The notes under the pieces are model-generated. The model worked only from the letters and a program-made list of their open reading frames with translations. It did not search any database and had not been told where the DNA came from. Of a DNA stretch of 64,000 bases, positions 12,021 through 23,936 are shown one piece after another. The translations under genes and the position numbers were made by a program. This stretch comes from Pseudovirgaria hyperparasitica (lineage: Eukaryota), in the NCBI GenBank assembly GCA_010093815.1, contig ML996581.1. The stretch is one strand, 5' to 3'. Each line of letters begins with the position of its first letter. The stretch's first letter is position 1.

Positions 12021-13969
12021 CTTGCACAGCTAGTATAATGTAGCTAGCTGGTTTCTCCCAACATCGCCGCCTTACCGTCCTGCTCTAACCTGCCGTACAT
12101 GCATGCCCTGCCTCACGGTGGGCATACATGCATACACAGTCCATACTATACTTATACTTACATACATACATACATATTACATACTATGCTAATTACACCC
12201 ATCCACTTGCCGCAGTCGGCATCATGACCTTTCCCTCCCAACCATACCATACCATCCCATCCCAGCTCCCAGCTCCCAGCTCCCGTCATTTCCCCGGTCC
12301 GGCCCTGTCCCGTCTTGGTCTTGTCGACGAGCTATGTACTACCTACGCACTGCATCCATGACTATTATCCATGACTTATCGATACTGATACTAAGTTCTA
12401 ACTCAACGCACCACGCACCACACGCCGGGCAACGAGTCAGCGACCAACGATCCAACGCCCACATCCGGACCGTTCGTCGAGACAGTCAGGCAGTCAATTA
12501 CCAAGCAGCATCTGCAATTCATTCGCTTAGCACGTTTAGCACGCTTACATAACAATCCAATCCAATCCAATCCAAGACAAGACAAGGCATTCCAAGACAC
12601 CCTACGCAACCTACGCAAGGCAAAAATTCAACAAAGACAAAAAAGTATGACGACGCCGATCCGATCGCTGCGGCGCGCAGACAGGGGCTCTGAGATCGTG
12701 GAGGGGGCGTGCAGCGGAGTGCAAGGGAGGGGAGTGGATTAGACAGGACCCTGCATGACGCTAAGTATGGAGGGTGGGTTGGCCGGGGCTTTGTAGAGGG
12801 GGAGGAGGGGGAGGGGTGAGGTGCGGTGACGTAGCTATGCTAGGTTTGCTATGCTATGCCATGTATGCTATACTGTGCCGTGCAGTGCTGAGGTATGACG
12901 TGCCATGTAATATGTAATATGCTATGTAGGTGTAAACAGACGCACACGTGCGAGAAACAAGGTTTGTATCAAGGGTACGTTTACTTACAACCGGCAAGCA
13001 GACAGAGATTCTAGGTGCGTGCCTTGTACCTGTCTGCCTGCCTGCCTCGGCATAAAGATGAGATGACGTCCTGCGATTTCACAGCCAGCACACAGCATAC
13101 AGCATATTGCTTCGGATTTGGGATATACTGTACTGTACATGCGGCGTGCACGTGTGGCGGGTAGTGTAGAGTACAGTGTGTACCGAGACAGACTTGCTTG
13201 CCTGGGCTATACTATAGATGGAGAGTGCTCTGCTCGCTATATGACGACTTGACGAGGGACGGGGATGGGATCGTGGGTGTTGTGATGGTATATTGTATAT
13301 TGTATATTATACATGTTAAAAAGGGGTCCTTGTATTGCGATCTTACGCGTCTGCCTCGGATTCCAAGTTTCTATGCGTGTTACTTACTACCCAGGCCGGA
13401 GGAATAGCATGGGAATACAGACGCCAGTTCGTGCTTGATTCATTTCAGAGGGCGGGCTGGTGCGATATATAGATAGGTCCATCACGTCAGGATATATGCC
13501 TCGCTCAGGGATCAAACCGTTGAATACATTCCAGCGCCGCGGCTACTACTGCCCAGGAGAAAGTTCACAAACTCGCGCTTAGCGCGGCTAATCGCAGCCT
13601 TCATATCAAGTATTCAATTTTAAATTCTCAATAAAAGCTTTTGCGAGGTTTTTGCTTTTCCACCTTCCTTTTCCCCGTTCTTTCTAAGCCTAGGAAGAAG
13701 CAGTGCCGCGATGTCTTGCGACGTAAAACAGTACCAGAAAATCACAAAGGCTATTGTGAATTTGTGAAATTATATCTATCCCCTCGGATAGTCTTCTCTT
13801 CTTCCAGACCTCCCATATCCTCTTTCCATCCAGCTTGCGACTCTCACTCTTTCTTCCTCTCTCTCCTCTCTCTCTCCTCCCCCTTTTCTCTCAACTCCCA
13901 CTCTTCTTATCCAGTCTTGTCATCACTCGCCTCGCCTCAACCCAAGTCTCCCAAGTCCCCCCAACCCGC

Positions 13970-14509
13970 CTACGCATGCCACGTCTTCCGGCAATTCTCA
14001 CACTTGACATGCCCACACTGCAGGAAGCTGCACACCGGCGCCTCCCAATGCGTCTCCTTGCCACACTGACAGCACGTAAAGTTGAACCAGCCGCAGACGC
14101 GCGCGTCAGGCGGCTGCAGTGCGAAGAAGTCTGTCGTTGTTGTCGTCGTCGTCTTCTGGACTGGTGGCGTGTCTGAGCCCTTTCCCTTGTGCTTGTTCAT
14201 GCTCATGCTCATGCTCATGCCCAAGCTCACGCTCACGCTCGCAGCGAGGGCTTGCGTGGGGTCCGGGTACGCGCTTGTGGCGTGTTGGTCGCGGGGTGGC
14301 GAGTCGTTTGGGGTGGAGGGGGTTGGACTGTCGGGGTTGTTTCGTGGTGGTTGGGGTGCGGTGTCTGGGGGAGAGGTGCTGTGGGGGATGAGGCGGATTG
14401 AGGATGGAGAGCGCTTTTTGAGGGTGTGGGAGGGTTTGTCTGTGGTGAGACTGATGTTGGACTCGGCGCGCAGGAGGCGCGAGAAAGGGGTGGTTGTTGA
14501 GAGGGGCAT
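13970..14509 (-). CDS. Small hypothetical protein with C-terminal Cys/His putative zinc-ribbon motif
   Basis: 179-aa ATG-initiated ORF. Low-complexity N-terminus; C-terminus WFNFTCCQCGKETHWEAPVCSFLQCGHVKCENC. Pyrimidine-rich leader on the same strand. Confidence 0.55.
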   Translation of the reverse strand: MPLSTTTPFSRLLRAESNISLTTDKPSHTLKKRSPSSIRLIPHSTSPPDTAPQPPRNNPDSPTPSTPNDSPPRDQHATSAYPDPTQALAASVSVSLGMSMSMSMNKHKGKGSDTPPVQKTTTTTTTDFFALQPPDARVCGWFNFTCCQCGKETHWEAPVCSFLQCGHVKCENCRKTWHA

Positions 14510-16045
14510 TGTGTGCGGTCTGTCTGGTGATGAGAAACTTGGTGATGGGCTTGAGGATAGGTGGAGGTGGAGGTGGAGGTGGAGCCGAATGAAGGTAGGA
14601 TGGAGGAGTGTTTATAGAATGATGCTGTCAGGTCGAAGTCTTACGGGATAGGCCATGGTGAATTCAGACATGGGCCGGCTATCGTGAATCATCAGCCTTT
14701 CACAACAAAGACAAGACAGGTGTTAGCGTGTTCACTTGCTCCCACGCCAGTGCTGGCGTAGTCTCACTTCACGACGGATTGTGGTGAAATATGTTTACTG
14801 CGAAGCACAATTGGTTGCCGATACAAAGGCTAACTCATCGAGGCCTGTGTTTCCACCGCCCTGCCGGTAAGGCTTTGTGGACCATGAAGCCTTGTTTTGT
14901 GGTTGTACAACGAGAACTAGACAGCACATCGCTTGTAGGACAGGACGGAGCGAGCACAATGAGATGGAAACCCTGGAGCTAGCGAGTCTCTTGAGGACTA
15001 TTGTCTAGACGAACGATCTAAGGAAAGCCATCAATCTCCCCAGAAGATCACATATGTGTATCACATCGAGACGACGCACAGGGTGAAGATGGCGTCTTAG
15101 CCAGAACAGAGGGCACCAGATCCGGACCGTGAGGCCTGTGACTGCATACTGAGCTTGTGGACTGTCATGATGTGAATTCGAACAATATTGACGAGTGCTT
15201 GATACAATTCCACAACTCTCAATTGCTCTACCGGGTAGCCCCACCTGGCATCAATCATGTGTCTCTGAGGTCAGAATGGAATGAGTTGATAATTTGGTAT
15301 AAGTGGATGAACGAACAGAGCAGATAGAGCACTCGTCCCACTGTCTGCCGTTGCTCGCTGCCTTTGTGTGCCCTCGCAACACAGTCACCACACCTTACGA
15401 ACTCTCAGATGTCGAGACCACGAAGAGATGCGAGGAGTGGGCGTCTGCGGCGCACCATCTCCTACCGGGACCGTGTATAAAAACAGGAGTGGTAACGGTG
15501 ATGATCATTTTCGTGTATGCCGAAACACCTGATGGCGGTAATGCGACGACACTTCGACGTGGTCTCGAAATATGGCTTTGAGTACGTAGACTGGGGACTT
15601 CACTGCAATGCCGGAAGCATTATTGCGAACAAGATAATGGTACCTGTTCTGCGTAGCTGGTCTACGATTGATGGCCTTGATGTGGAGCATTTCGATCATG
15701 TCTCTTCCTCGCTTTATGCGAACATCTTCCGCGACACCTCTGATTGAAGTCCACGATCGGTAGTCCGCACTTCCCACCAAGGCTCGTGCTATACAATGAT
15801 CAAGGGCCTCCCAGACCTCGTTGATAGTCTTTGCCCACGCGTGAACGCCTCTTTGCTCCTCGTCCTACAACTTCGTAGCTCGACTCTCGTAGACCGTATG
15901 GTGATGGCAAGACCGCCGTATGTCCTGTCCACCGCATTCAAAGTCCTTGCGCTTCGACATACCATTCCCAATTCCCATACAACCAAACCCTCGTGCACTT
16001 CAGTCCCGGCGCGCGGTTTGCTCACTTTCATGCATTTCATGCATT

Positions 16046-16570
16046 TCATGCATAAGCAATTTTTGTCCTCTTCGCCTTGCCTCCTTCGTCGTCCTCCCCG
16101 ACTCCGCTTCCGCCTTTCTTCTTCTTCTTGTTTTCCTTCTTCATGCCCCCGTCGACACCCACACTTGCCGGCGTCGCCGCACCTGCACTCGGCGTCGTCA
16201 TCCCACTCTCCGCGCTCAGACTCTGCGCCCGCGCAAAATTCGTGCTACTCCGGCTGAATATACGGTCGGCATCGTTAATGCCACCTCGCCGCCGGCTAGA
16301 TGTCCCTGCTGTCGTAGCGGTGGATGAGGTGGTGCCTTTGATATAGTTGTCGAAGCCTTTGATGATGTTGCCCGCGGTTGTCTCTTCGAGATAAGCCGTC
16401 TCGAGCTTGTAGATATGCTCGTCGAGAGAGGCGCGTTCTTGGTCGAGCGCACGCTTGGTACTGAGTAGTTTCTTAAGCTCGCGTGTAAGTTGCTCGTAGT
16501 ATGGCATGCCGCGCTGGGCTTCTGTATTTGTGGCCGTAGCTTGGGTTGGAGGGGCGTTTTCGGACATCAT
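16046..16570 (-). CDS. EAF6: NuA4 histone acetyltransferase subunit Eaf6
   Basis: GMPYYE..LKKLLSTKRALDQ...IYKLETAYLEETTAGNIIKGFDNYIK and DADRIFSRSS motifs; basic C-terminal tail; intronless. Confidence 0.93.
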   Translation of the reverse strand: MMSENAPPTQATATNTEAQRGMPYYEQLTRELKKLLSTKRALDQERASLDEHIYKLETAYLEETTAGNIIKGFDNYIKGTTSSTATTAGTSSRRRGGINDADRIFSRSSTNFARAQSLSAESGMTTPSAGAATPASVGVDGGMKKENKKKKKGGSGVGEDDEGGKAKRTKIAYA

Positions 16571-16981
16571 GTGAGCGGCTTGGTGGGATGCCGATGGCGT
16601 TTGGCATGGACCGTGGTCGGAGTGATGCGAAGGTATTGGTGAAGATGAGTATCTCCGTTACAAGATGGTGGTGTTAATTATATCAAGACGCGTGACATCG
16701 GCGCTCATCGGAGGCAGGCGCGCGGCGCGCTTCTAGTCCCGCTATCCCGATTAGTTAACTTCTAGAAGGAGCTTGATGGGCACAGGAACAACTTCAAACT
16801 TGAAACTTCTCGCAAACCTTCATCTTTGGCTCCGCAGCGACGCTCCTCAACTTGACTCTGGAGCTCTTTAACTTGACGCTCAGGTCAACGGCACGATCCC
16901 GGTCATCGCACGACTGGCGCTCCATCCACATCCCAAAGTCTCGTCGATCGCGATAAAGATATCTACGCCATCTCGCCCACC
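16571..16981. promoter_or_regulatory. Putative bidirectional promoter between EAF6 and TFIIS
   Basis: 411 bp between divergent ATGs; contains ACGCGT at 16688 and a GGCGCGCGGCGCGC tract. Confidence 0.6.
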
Positions 16982-18027
16982 ATGGATGCGAAAGAAGTAC
17001 AGACTTATGGCAAGAATATCATGAAAGCGCTTGCAGAGAAGCGGCCCGCTGCAGAGATCCTCAGCATCATCGGGATACTGCGCAAAGGCGTCAAGGCGGA
17101 TGAGCAGCTTTTGCGCTCGACCAAGATTGGTGTCACAGTCAGCAAGCTCAAAGCACACACGAATCCGCAGGTCGCCAAGGCCGCAAATGAGTTGGTCGGG
17201 GAATGGCGTGCAGAAGTACGCAAGGCAGGCTCAGGAAATTCCACACCGCGGGCGCAGAATGGGAATGGTACGGCATCGCCCGCGCCGTCGTCGACCCCAA
17301 CCATACAAACGCCAAAGCATGCAAAGCCTAGCAATATCGACTACACGAAGCGCAAGCTGAAGACAGACTTCAAGGGTAGGGAAGAGGCGTATCTGGTGAC
17401 GGGAAATGACACTAGGGACAAAATGATTGAGATGGTGTACGACGGCTTGGTGTATGCGCAACCAGAAGGTGAGGTCATTGTTAACATTTGGGTTTCAACT
17501 AGACTGACGTCCCAGATTCTGAGGATATCCTCAAGATCGTACGAGCAATCGAGCTTGCCGCGTTCAACCATTACAAACCAGATACCCCACCCGTGTTGAA
17601 AGAATATGTCCAAAGAATGCGCGTACTTCGCCAGAATCTCAAAAATGCCATCAACGGATCATGGTTGCGCCAAGGCTTGCTCCTAAAGGTCCAAAAGATG
17701 GAGAACTTGAATGCGGCCGATCTCGAAAAAAACAAAGAATACGTAAAGAAGAACCCAATCGAGTATATCAGCCCGGAGCACTTCGTCGTCATGACGGACG
17801 ACGAGCTCAAGGCCCCTCAACAACGCGACCAAGAAAAGAAGTTCCACGACGAGAATATCCGACGAGCCATGACAGCCCAGGGCGAGAAGAGTATCTCGGG
17901 CACGATCCAGTGCGGCAAGTGCAAGCAGTATAAGGTCAGTTATTCACAGGCGCAGACTCGGAGTGCCGATGAACCGATGACGACCTTCTGCGAGTGCACG
18001 AATTGCGGAGCGCGATGGAAGATGTAA
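16982..18027 (+). CDS. DST1: Transcription elongation factor S-II (TFIIS), 2 exons
   Basis: N-terminal domain LLRSTKIGVTVSKLK..W. Intron 17469-17515 (GTGAGG...CTGAC...CCCAG). C-terminal zinc ribbon CGKCKQ...QTRSADEPMTTFCECTNCGARWK. Confidence 0.95.
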
Positions 18028-18535
18028 GGTTTACAGGATAGGATGGATGTACAGGCAGCAGAAAGGAACTTGAGGTAGAGCATGGCGTATAAGGAGTGCT
18101 CCCTGGATGCTAAGACAACGGCGTTGATACGTATATGCTTTGTTTGTTTCAGGTCGGCGCATAATCAGGCTGTAGTGGCTTCATACTCATCGTTAGACTG
18201 GCAAGTCACGGCAGTTCCACGTATGTATTTCATAAAGTACCCCTTACTTGATTGAGATCGTGAATGCCTCAGGCACAGACTATCGCTAGTGATCAATACG
18301 GAATAGTGATCAATACGGAACTCCGCTCATCCTTCCAAGCTTCTCTCGTGTTACATCACACGTGTACTGCCCTGCTCCCCAGCTTCAGCCAGGCTATCTG
18401 GGGTACTACACTCTACGTAGGAAATATCATTACAGATTGCCCTGCAAATGACAAGTTGGGGGTTTGTAGTTACGCATTATAGCTGCGGAGCGGGACGACG
18501 AATATCAGCTGCATTTCGAAACGCAAAGTTTCAAG

Positions 18536-20541
18536 ATGGAGCGTTATAAATACTCCCCGCTCATTGCAGCCGAAAATGAGATTCGTTTCCTGACGCTATG
18601 CCCTTCAAACGTTGGTCAGGTGTACATCAAGCTTTGGACAGCATCACTACCCCGAAAGGGTAAACTGCCTTTCCAGTACGAAGCTCTGTCTTACGTCTGA
18701 GGAAGCACCGACGATCCCGGAAGCGTCCTCGTTGAGAATGACACGAGTACAGAGCCATCCGGAAAGTTTAGCTCTATCTCGATTACGCGAAATCTCTTTA
18801 CCGTTCTGCCATATCTACAGCTCCCGGACAAGCCTCGGAATCTTTGGATCGACGCGGTGTGCATCAACCAAGAAGATATCGAAGAGCGATGTCAGCAGGT
18901 TCAACTAATGGCAGAGATATACTCTCAGGCATCTCAAGTGGTTGCGTGGCTTGGGCCACCCTCTGAAGGCAGTGATTTTGGTCTTCCTTTGCTTGGCCGG
19001 ATCAGTTCTAAATTTGACGTTGATTGGAGGAGTGGTCATATTCTGTGGGGGACGCCCAGAGAGGATGATACTAGGGAATCCATTGATTATGACATATGGC
19101 TTCTGGACTGTACTGTTGCATTTCCTGTGATGAGTCGCGAGCATCGAGCTATGCTGGAAGTCTACAACAGACCCTATTTCGAGCGCCTCTGGATCCGACA
19201 AGAAGTCACCAATCCGAGGAAAGTCATGATGACTTGCGGCACAAAGGTTCTCCATGCGGTGGACTTCCACAAAGCGACTCTGCTTTTGTATCGAAAGTAC
19301 CTGATCGCAAACGACAAGCCCTCTCAAGACTTGTGCCAACGGCTCCTGAGTGTACTTCAGATATTTGGGGACGAGTCCATTGAGACACGAATCGAGAATG
19401 CGTTGACAAGGACTCAAGCAGCCAAGTGTTTCGATCCTCGCGACAGGGTCTACGCAATTTTCGGCTTGCTCTCGGCAAAATCCTTTCTCCAGAGCACGAT
19501 CATCCCAGACTACACAAAGGCAATTGCCGAAGTATATCGCGAGGTGATCATTGCAGAGCTAAGCCGGGATAAGCGTGTGACTGTGCTCTCGCATAGCGAA
19601 AAGAAGAAAACCGCGTTCAAGCATCCATCTTGGGTGCCCGACTGGAGTGGTGAACGGACAAGGAGCAGTCTCTCGGGTCACTTTGCCGATGGTGAGGCTA
19701 CAGCTACGGCGTCGTTGTCTGACTGTGGGCAAGTGTTACGGATTGAGGGCCTCTTAGTGACTACGGTGAAAGAGGTAACAAAGGTACAAGCAGTCGCGTG
19801 CGAGAACAAGGAGGATCGACTCAGGGGTATCCTGCGACAACTCCTACAGTCTATTGACCCTTCCAAACCCTATCCATCTGGTGGCACTGCCAAAGACGCG
19901 TGCGCATATCTCTTCTCCGGCTACAAGTTGCTGGAATGTATGTCCGAGTTGAAACGCAATGACTTCCTCGCCGGTTTCGATTATATGAGAGACTTGCTAT
20001 CATCTTTGGCCGCACAAGAAGATGTAGACCTCAAGAGTAGATTCGGCAGTTACACCATGTACATCTCGGATATTCTCCAAGCATGCGAAGGACAGGCTCT
20101 GATAACCACGGATAGCGGCCTGATTGGTCTCGGAAACACAGAAGCTCAGCCTGGAGATGCCATTGCTATAGTTCTTGGATGCGGTCGACCACTCATCTTG
20201 CGATCACAGTCGAATGGTAACTACGAAGTGATAGGATCCAGTAGCATCCACGGCCTCAACTGGGGAGAAGCGGTCCTAGGTCCCTTCCCGCGGACGTAGA
20301 TATAGTGTGGACTGAGGGTGGAAGATGGTCAGATTGCTTATGGCGCAGCCGCGAGACAGGTTACGAGTCAAAGTATGATCCGCGAGTGAACTGGGATGAG
20401 CTGGAGATAAGAGAGGACAAAGGTGAGCGGATTTGGTATGACGATGAGACCGAGGATGGGGACATCAAGCTGTTCGAATATCCGGATGCCAAGTATCTGA
20501 AGGGAAAAGGAGTAGATATAGATACCATCAAGTTGGTGTGA
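18536..20541 (+). pseudogene. HET-domain (HET-6-like heterokaryon incompatibility) gene with premature stop and frameshift
   Basis: ATG 18536 gives MERYKYSPL...EIRFLTL...YEALSYV*GS, with TGA 18698-18700 in place of the Trp of YxALSYxWG. The same frame continues LWIDAVCINQED..ER..QV..M..IYSQA..V.AWLG, YFERLWIRQE, DPRDRVYA, PSWVPDWS, GD.I.IVLG...PLILR. Frame shifts near 20290 and resumes DVDIVWTE...DPR...IKLV*. Confidence 0.88.
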
Positions 20542-20732
20542 GACACGTCTTGTGTCACTCTTAAAGTTCAATCAGACTAAAGGTGTGTTTGTCAAAGTTG
20601 TGCCAAGCCTCAAAGCGTGAGGCCTAGGTTCACCAAAAGCTATGACCATCCAGGGTCTTAGTAGCTCAATGTTTAGCTACGCAGTCAGTATTTGATTCCA
20701 GAACGTGGCATGATGTCCTTACTCCCCACGCA

Positions 20733-22079
20733 ATGACGACCGAATGCCCTTTGCCTGAAGTTGAAGTCGCCCTCGCTCCCTATATCCGTACTCGTCAAGA
20801 GGCTCTACTCGTTCGCCAACGTCTCACAGCATACCTACAATCCCATGTTCGACATACCTCAGACCTAGACCTAACGAGTTTGAGCCTTGGGGCTCCGGCC
20901 GCGACTCTCGAGGTCCGCAATATTCCAGTAGAACTATCCGGTCTTCGCCGTCAATATCTCGAAGCGTTAGAAGCCAATGCGGCGGTGAGGCAGCGTCGAG
21001 ATGAGCTTCAAGATGAGCTGCGCGAACTCCGAATCGAGCATTCAGAGGAGAGCAGCTATGTGACTCGGAACAAAGAGATCAAGGAGTCAATGTCTGCGTA
21101 CACGACATTGTTGCGACAGAGAAGAAAGCTTTCGAGACTACAGATCCTACAAGCCGGTATAGAGGAGCTTGTGGAGAATGCACCGGAACTGGCACACAAG
21201 GACTTGAAAAGCCTGGTGGAGGATCTAATTGGCGCGTCGCCTGATCCGCCAAGTCTGACACTCGAAGCCGAGACTCAAGACCCCCTCGTCGAGGAACTCA
21301 CTTTTAAGTTGAAGAAGGAATTGTTGATTGCGAGAAGGAAGCTAGAGGAAGCAAAAGCGGCAAAGCAAAAGCAAGAAGACCAATTGAAGAGCAATGGAAC
21401 GATATCTCTACAAGCTGAACTTACCGCATTACGAGTAGCGAGAGACGAACTTGTTGAATGGATTGAGGGAGAGCTGTCCAAGATAGGAGAAGAAAGTGAG
21501 CTTCAAAATTTCAACAGCCCTACGAAACTGGCCCGCGGGACGGATCAGATGAAACCAGATGCCTACCATCAGCGCATACAAGGCTTCTATAACACGTACC
21601 TGGACCGCCGGAAAGAATTCGTTGCCGTCGTTGATACTGCTACAACCGAGTTTACTAAGCAACGCCATACGCAACCTTCACAGAAACCTCGACAGAGTAC
21701 CCTCCCATTGAACAACAATTCCGAGAGCTCAGGCACGAAGGTGTCCGAGCTCATCTCAACCATCCCGGCTCTTGTGGCGGCGTCGAGGACAGAAAATGAT
21801 CTCCAACAACAGCTTGCGCATCTCCGACGTCAAATCACGTCTTCCACAGAAGAAACTTTAAGATCCCTACGTCGTCTTGCAGACGAGAGTCATCTAGTAC
21901 CACCAAGATCAGATGTTAACGTGTGGATACACGCTGCTGGAGACAGCAAGAGAGAAACCGAGAATGCCGTTGAGAGAGAACTTATCGAGGGTGAAAAGAG
22001 CATGGAGCAGGCGAAACAGATCTTGAGAGCGCTACGTGGCCGGCGAGAGAACTTTTTGAAGATCAAAGGAGCTGTATAA
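20733..22079 (+). CDS. Hypothetical coiled-coil protein (448 aa)
   Basis: Long intronless ORF with heptad-rich E/K/L/R/Q helical segments; no catalytic motif recognised. Confidence 0.85.
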   Translation: MTTECPLPEVEVALAPYIRTRQEALLVRQRLTAYLQSHVRHTSDLDLTSLSLGAPAATLEVRNIPVELSGLRRQYLEALEANAAVRQRRDELQDELRELRIEHSEESSYVTRNKEIKESMSAYTTLLRQRRKLSRLQILQAGIEELVENAPELAHKDLKSLVEDLIGASPDPPSLTLEAETQDPLVEELTFKLKKELLIARRKLEEAKAAKQKQEDQLKSNGTISLQAELTALRVARDELVEWIEGELSKIGEESELQNFNSPTKLARGTDQMKPDAYHQRIQGFYNTYLDRRKEFVAVVDTATTEFTKQRHTQPSQKPRQSTLPLNNNSESSGTKVSELISTIPALVAASRTENDLQQQLAHLRRQITSSTEETLRSLRRLADESHLVPPRSDVNVWIHAAGDSKRETENAVERELIEGEKSMEQAKQILRALRGRRENFLKIKGAV

Positions 22080-23936
22080 TGGCAACACATCTACCTGTCA
22101 CTATATTCCCCACACTATGCACAACCACGATACGTTAAGCAAAAGCATGGCACAAACTAAAAGTATACGGACATTTTCATCTTTACCCTGACGTGGGTCC
22201 TGCGACGGCTGTCACTTCATCTCGGGACGATCCGGCTTGCTGACCAGCACGAAGTCGTTATTTCTGTACCACCGATACGGCGTCTCTCAGAGCCCAAATT
22301 TCGGTGTTCCCGGTGTCAGTATCAGTGAGCAGGCACACAAGATGGTGTCGCAAGCTTCAACGGGATGTTTATCATTTGGAAGGAGCTGGCGCAGCAACCC
22401 GATGATTGACTAGGAACCTCGCAATGCCGTTAGACATCAGCTCATCAGGACTTCTCCGTGATATCACAATCGCTTTGTATTTGCATTGGTCCTCAGTACC
22501 AAAGCATGCAAGTGATGGCACGGGTATCTGGCCTAGGAATAGCTAGTGGTTTAGCGGGTATGCTCGCCTGACGGAACGCAGGTCCCCGAAGACTACGATC
22601 TTTAGCGTCATGGCAACTCGCACTACATACGCCTCACCAACAACCACAACATCGATTCATGTAAAGCTTGCCTTTCAGTATCTCATTGAGATTCGCTGCA
22701 CCTACCGGAATGTGAGTACAATGTAAAGCTTAAATCCACCATCTCGGATTACTTTGACGCCTTTATTATTGCGATTGGCAAGTCCCTTTTACAGGGATAA
22801 ACGCTCACCGGGTTTCTCCCCTAAGCTCCCTCAATACTGGGTGTTCCTGAGAATGTCCCCACAAACCATCGTATGGGGAAATTGATCTGCAAACCCTGAG
22901 CACACCTAGTTCTACTGAAGATGAGGTAACGTCACGCACATGCATGAAGTGACCTAGTCCAACCCCGCAGTCGTTTCCAAGTAAAGTACAAATGAGGCGA
23001 GGCGCTTGGAGGCGAAGATCTCGATCGGGCCGTGGCTCTATAGTCCGAGCATTTCCTTGTTCATGTACCGGCAGTCCCCCTTGCCTCGTGTACATTTGCA
23101 ATAGGCGGCATATGCTTACGGCCGGTTGTCCACTCTACTCACGCTGACTCCGGAATGCTATAACAGTACACTGTTGAACGACCATTTGATAGGAAGATAT
23201 ATTGGAGCCCAACTATGGACTATATATCCTTAGTGATCCATACTTGTTTGCAGACGTCGGAGAAATTCGATGGGACGGAGGAGGCAGCAATATTTCGCGA
23301 CCCGTTCCCTTTTGGGGGGTCAGGGGCGCTATTAGACACCAATGTTACTAGTTTTATACGCGACCCATATCTGTCAGGCGGTAGACAGCGGCGCACAGAC
23401 AAACATGAACCACATGTCAATTGCACCATACTATCAACAAGTCAGATCCGTTGGTTCTTCTAATATTCGCTTCTCCACGGCTCCTCTTTGCCATCAAAGA
23501 ATGTCGGCCCAAAGGTACAGACTCGAATCACTCCCCTAATGAGTTCCAGCACCAGCACAACGAAGGTACAGGAGATCAGCGTCGAAAAAAGACTCTAAGT
23601 ACTTCGGCACAGGCGACGTTTGTTATTTCACCACTCGAGTGGATCAATAGTGGACCGAGGGGAAGCTAGGACTCAACCAAGGCGGGTTTCGCATGTTTAG
23701 TTGTAGCAAGGACTTGGGCTAAGCGGCGGTGTTGTGCTCTCAGCCTTACTTTGTTTTATCTTCTTTATCAGTCACGCACCCGCATATAGCACATGGTCTT
23801 CATCTCATGCGAATCCCCAAGTCGAATTGCATAGATGACTCCCTCGTCGAAGTGTGGACTATTTTGTCTCTATTGAGATTTGTTTCGAAGAAGTCACGGC
23901 ACTCACTTGGATCGCTTCCTTCTTCATTACACCAAA

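Noticed and set aside
20733..22079. Assigning the coiled-coil protein to a known complex (e.g. augmin or kinetochore)
   Set aside because: Coiled-coil character alone is non-specific; it needs a profile search.
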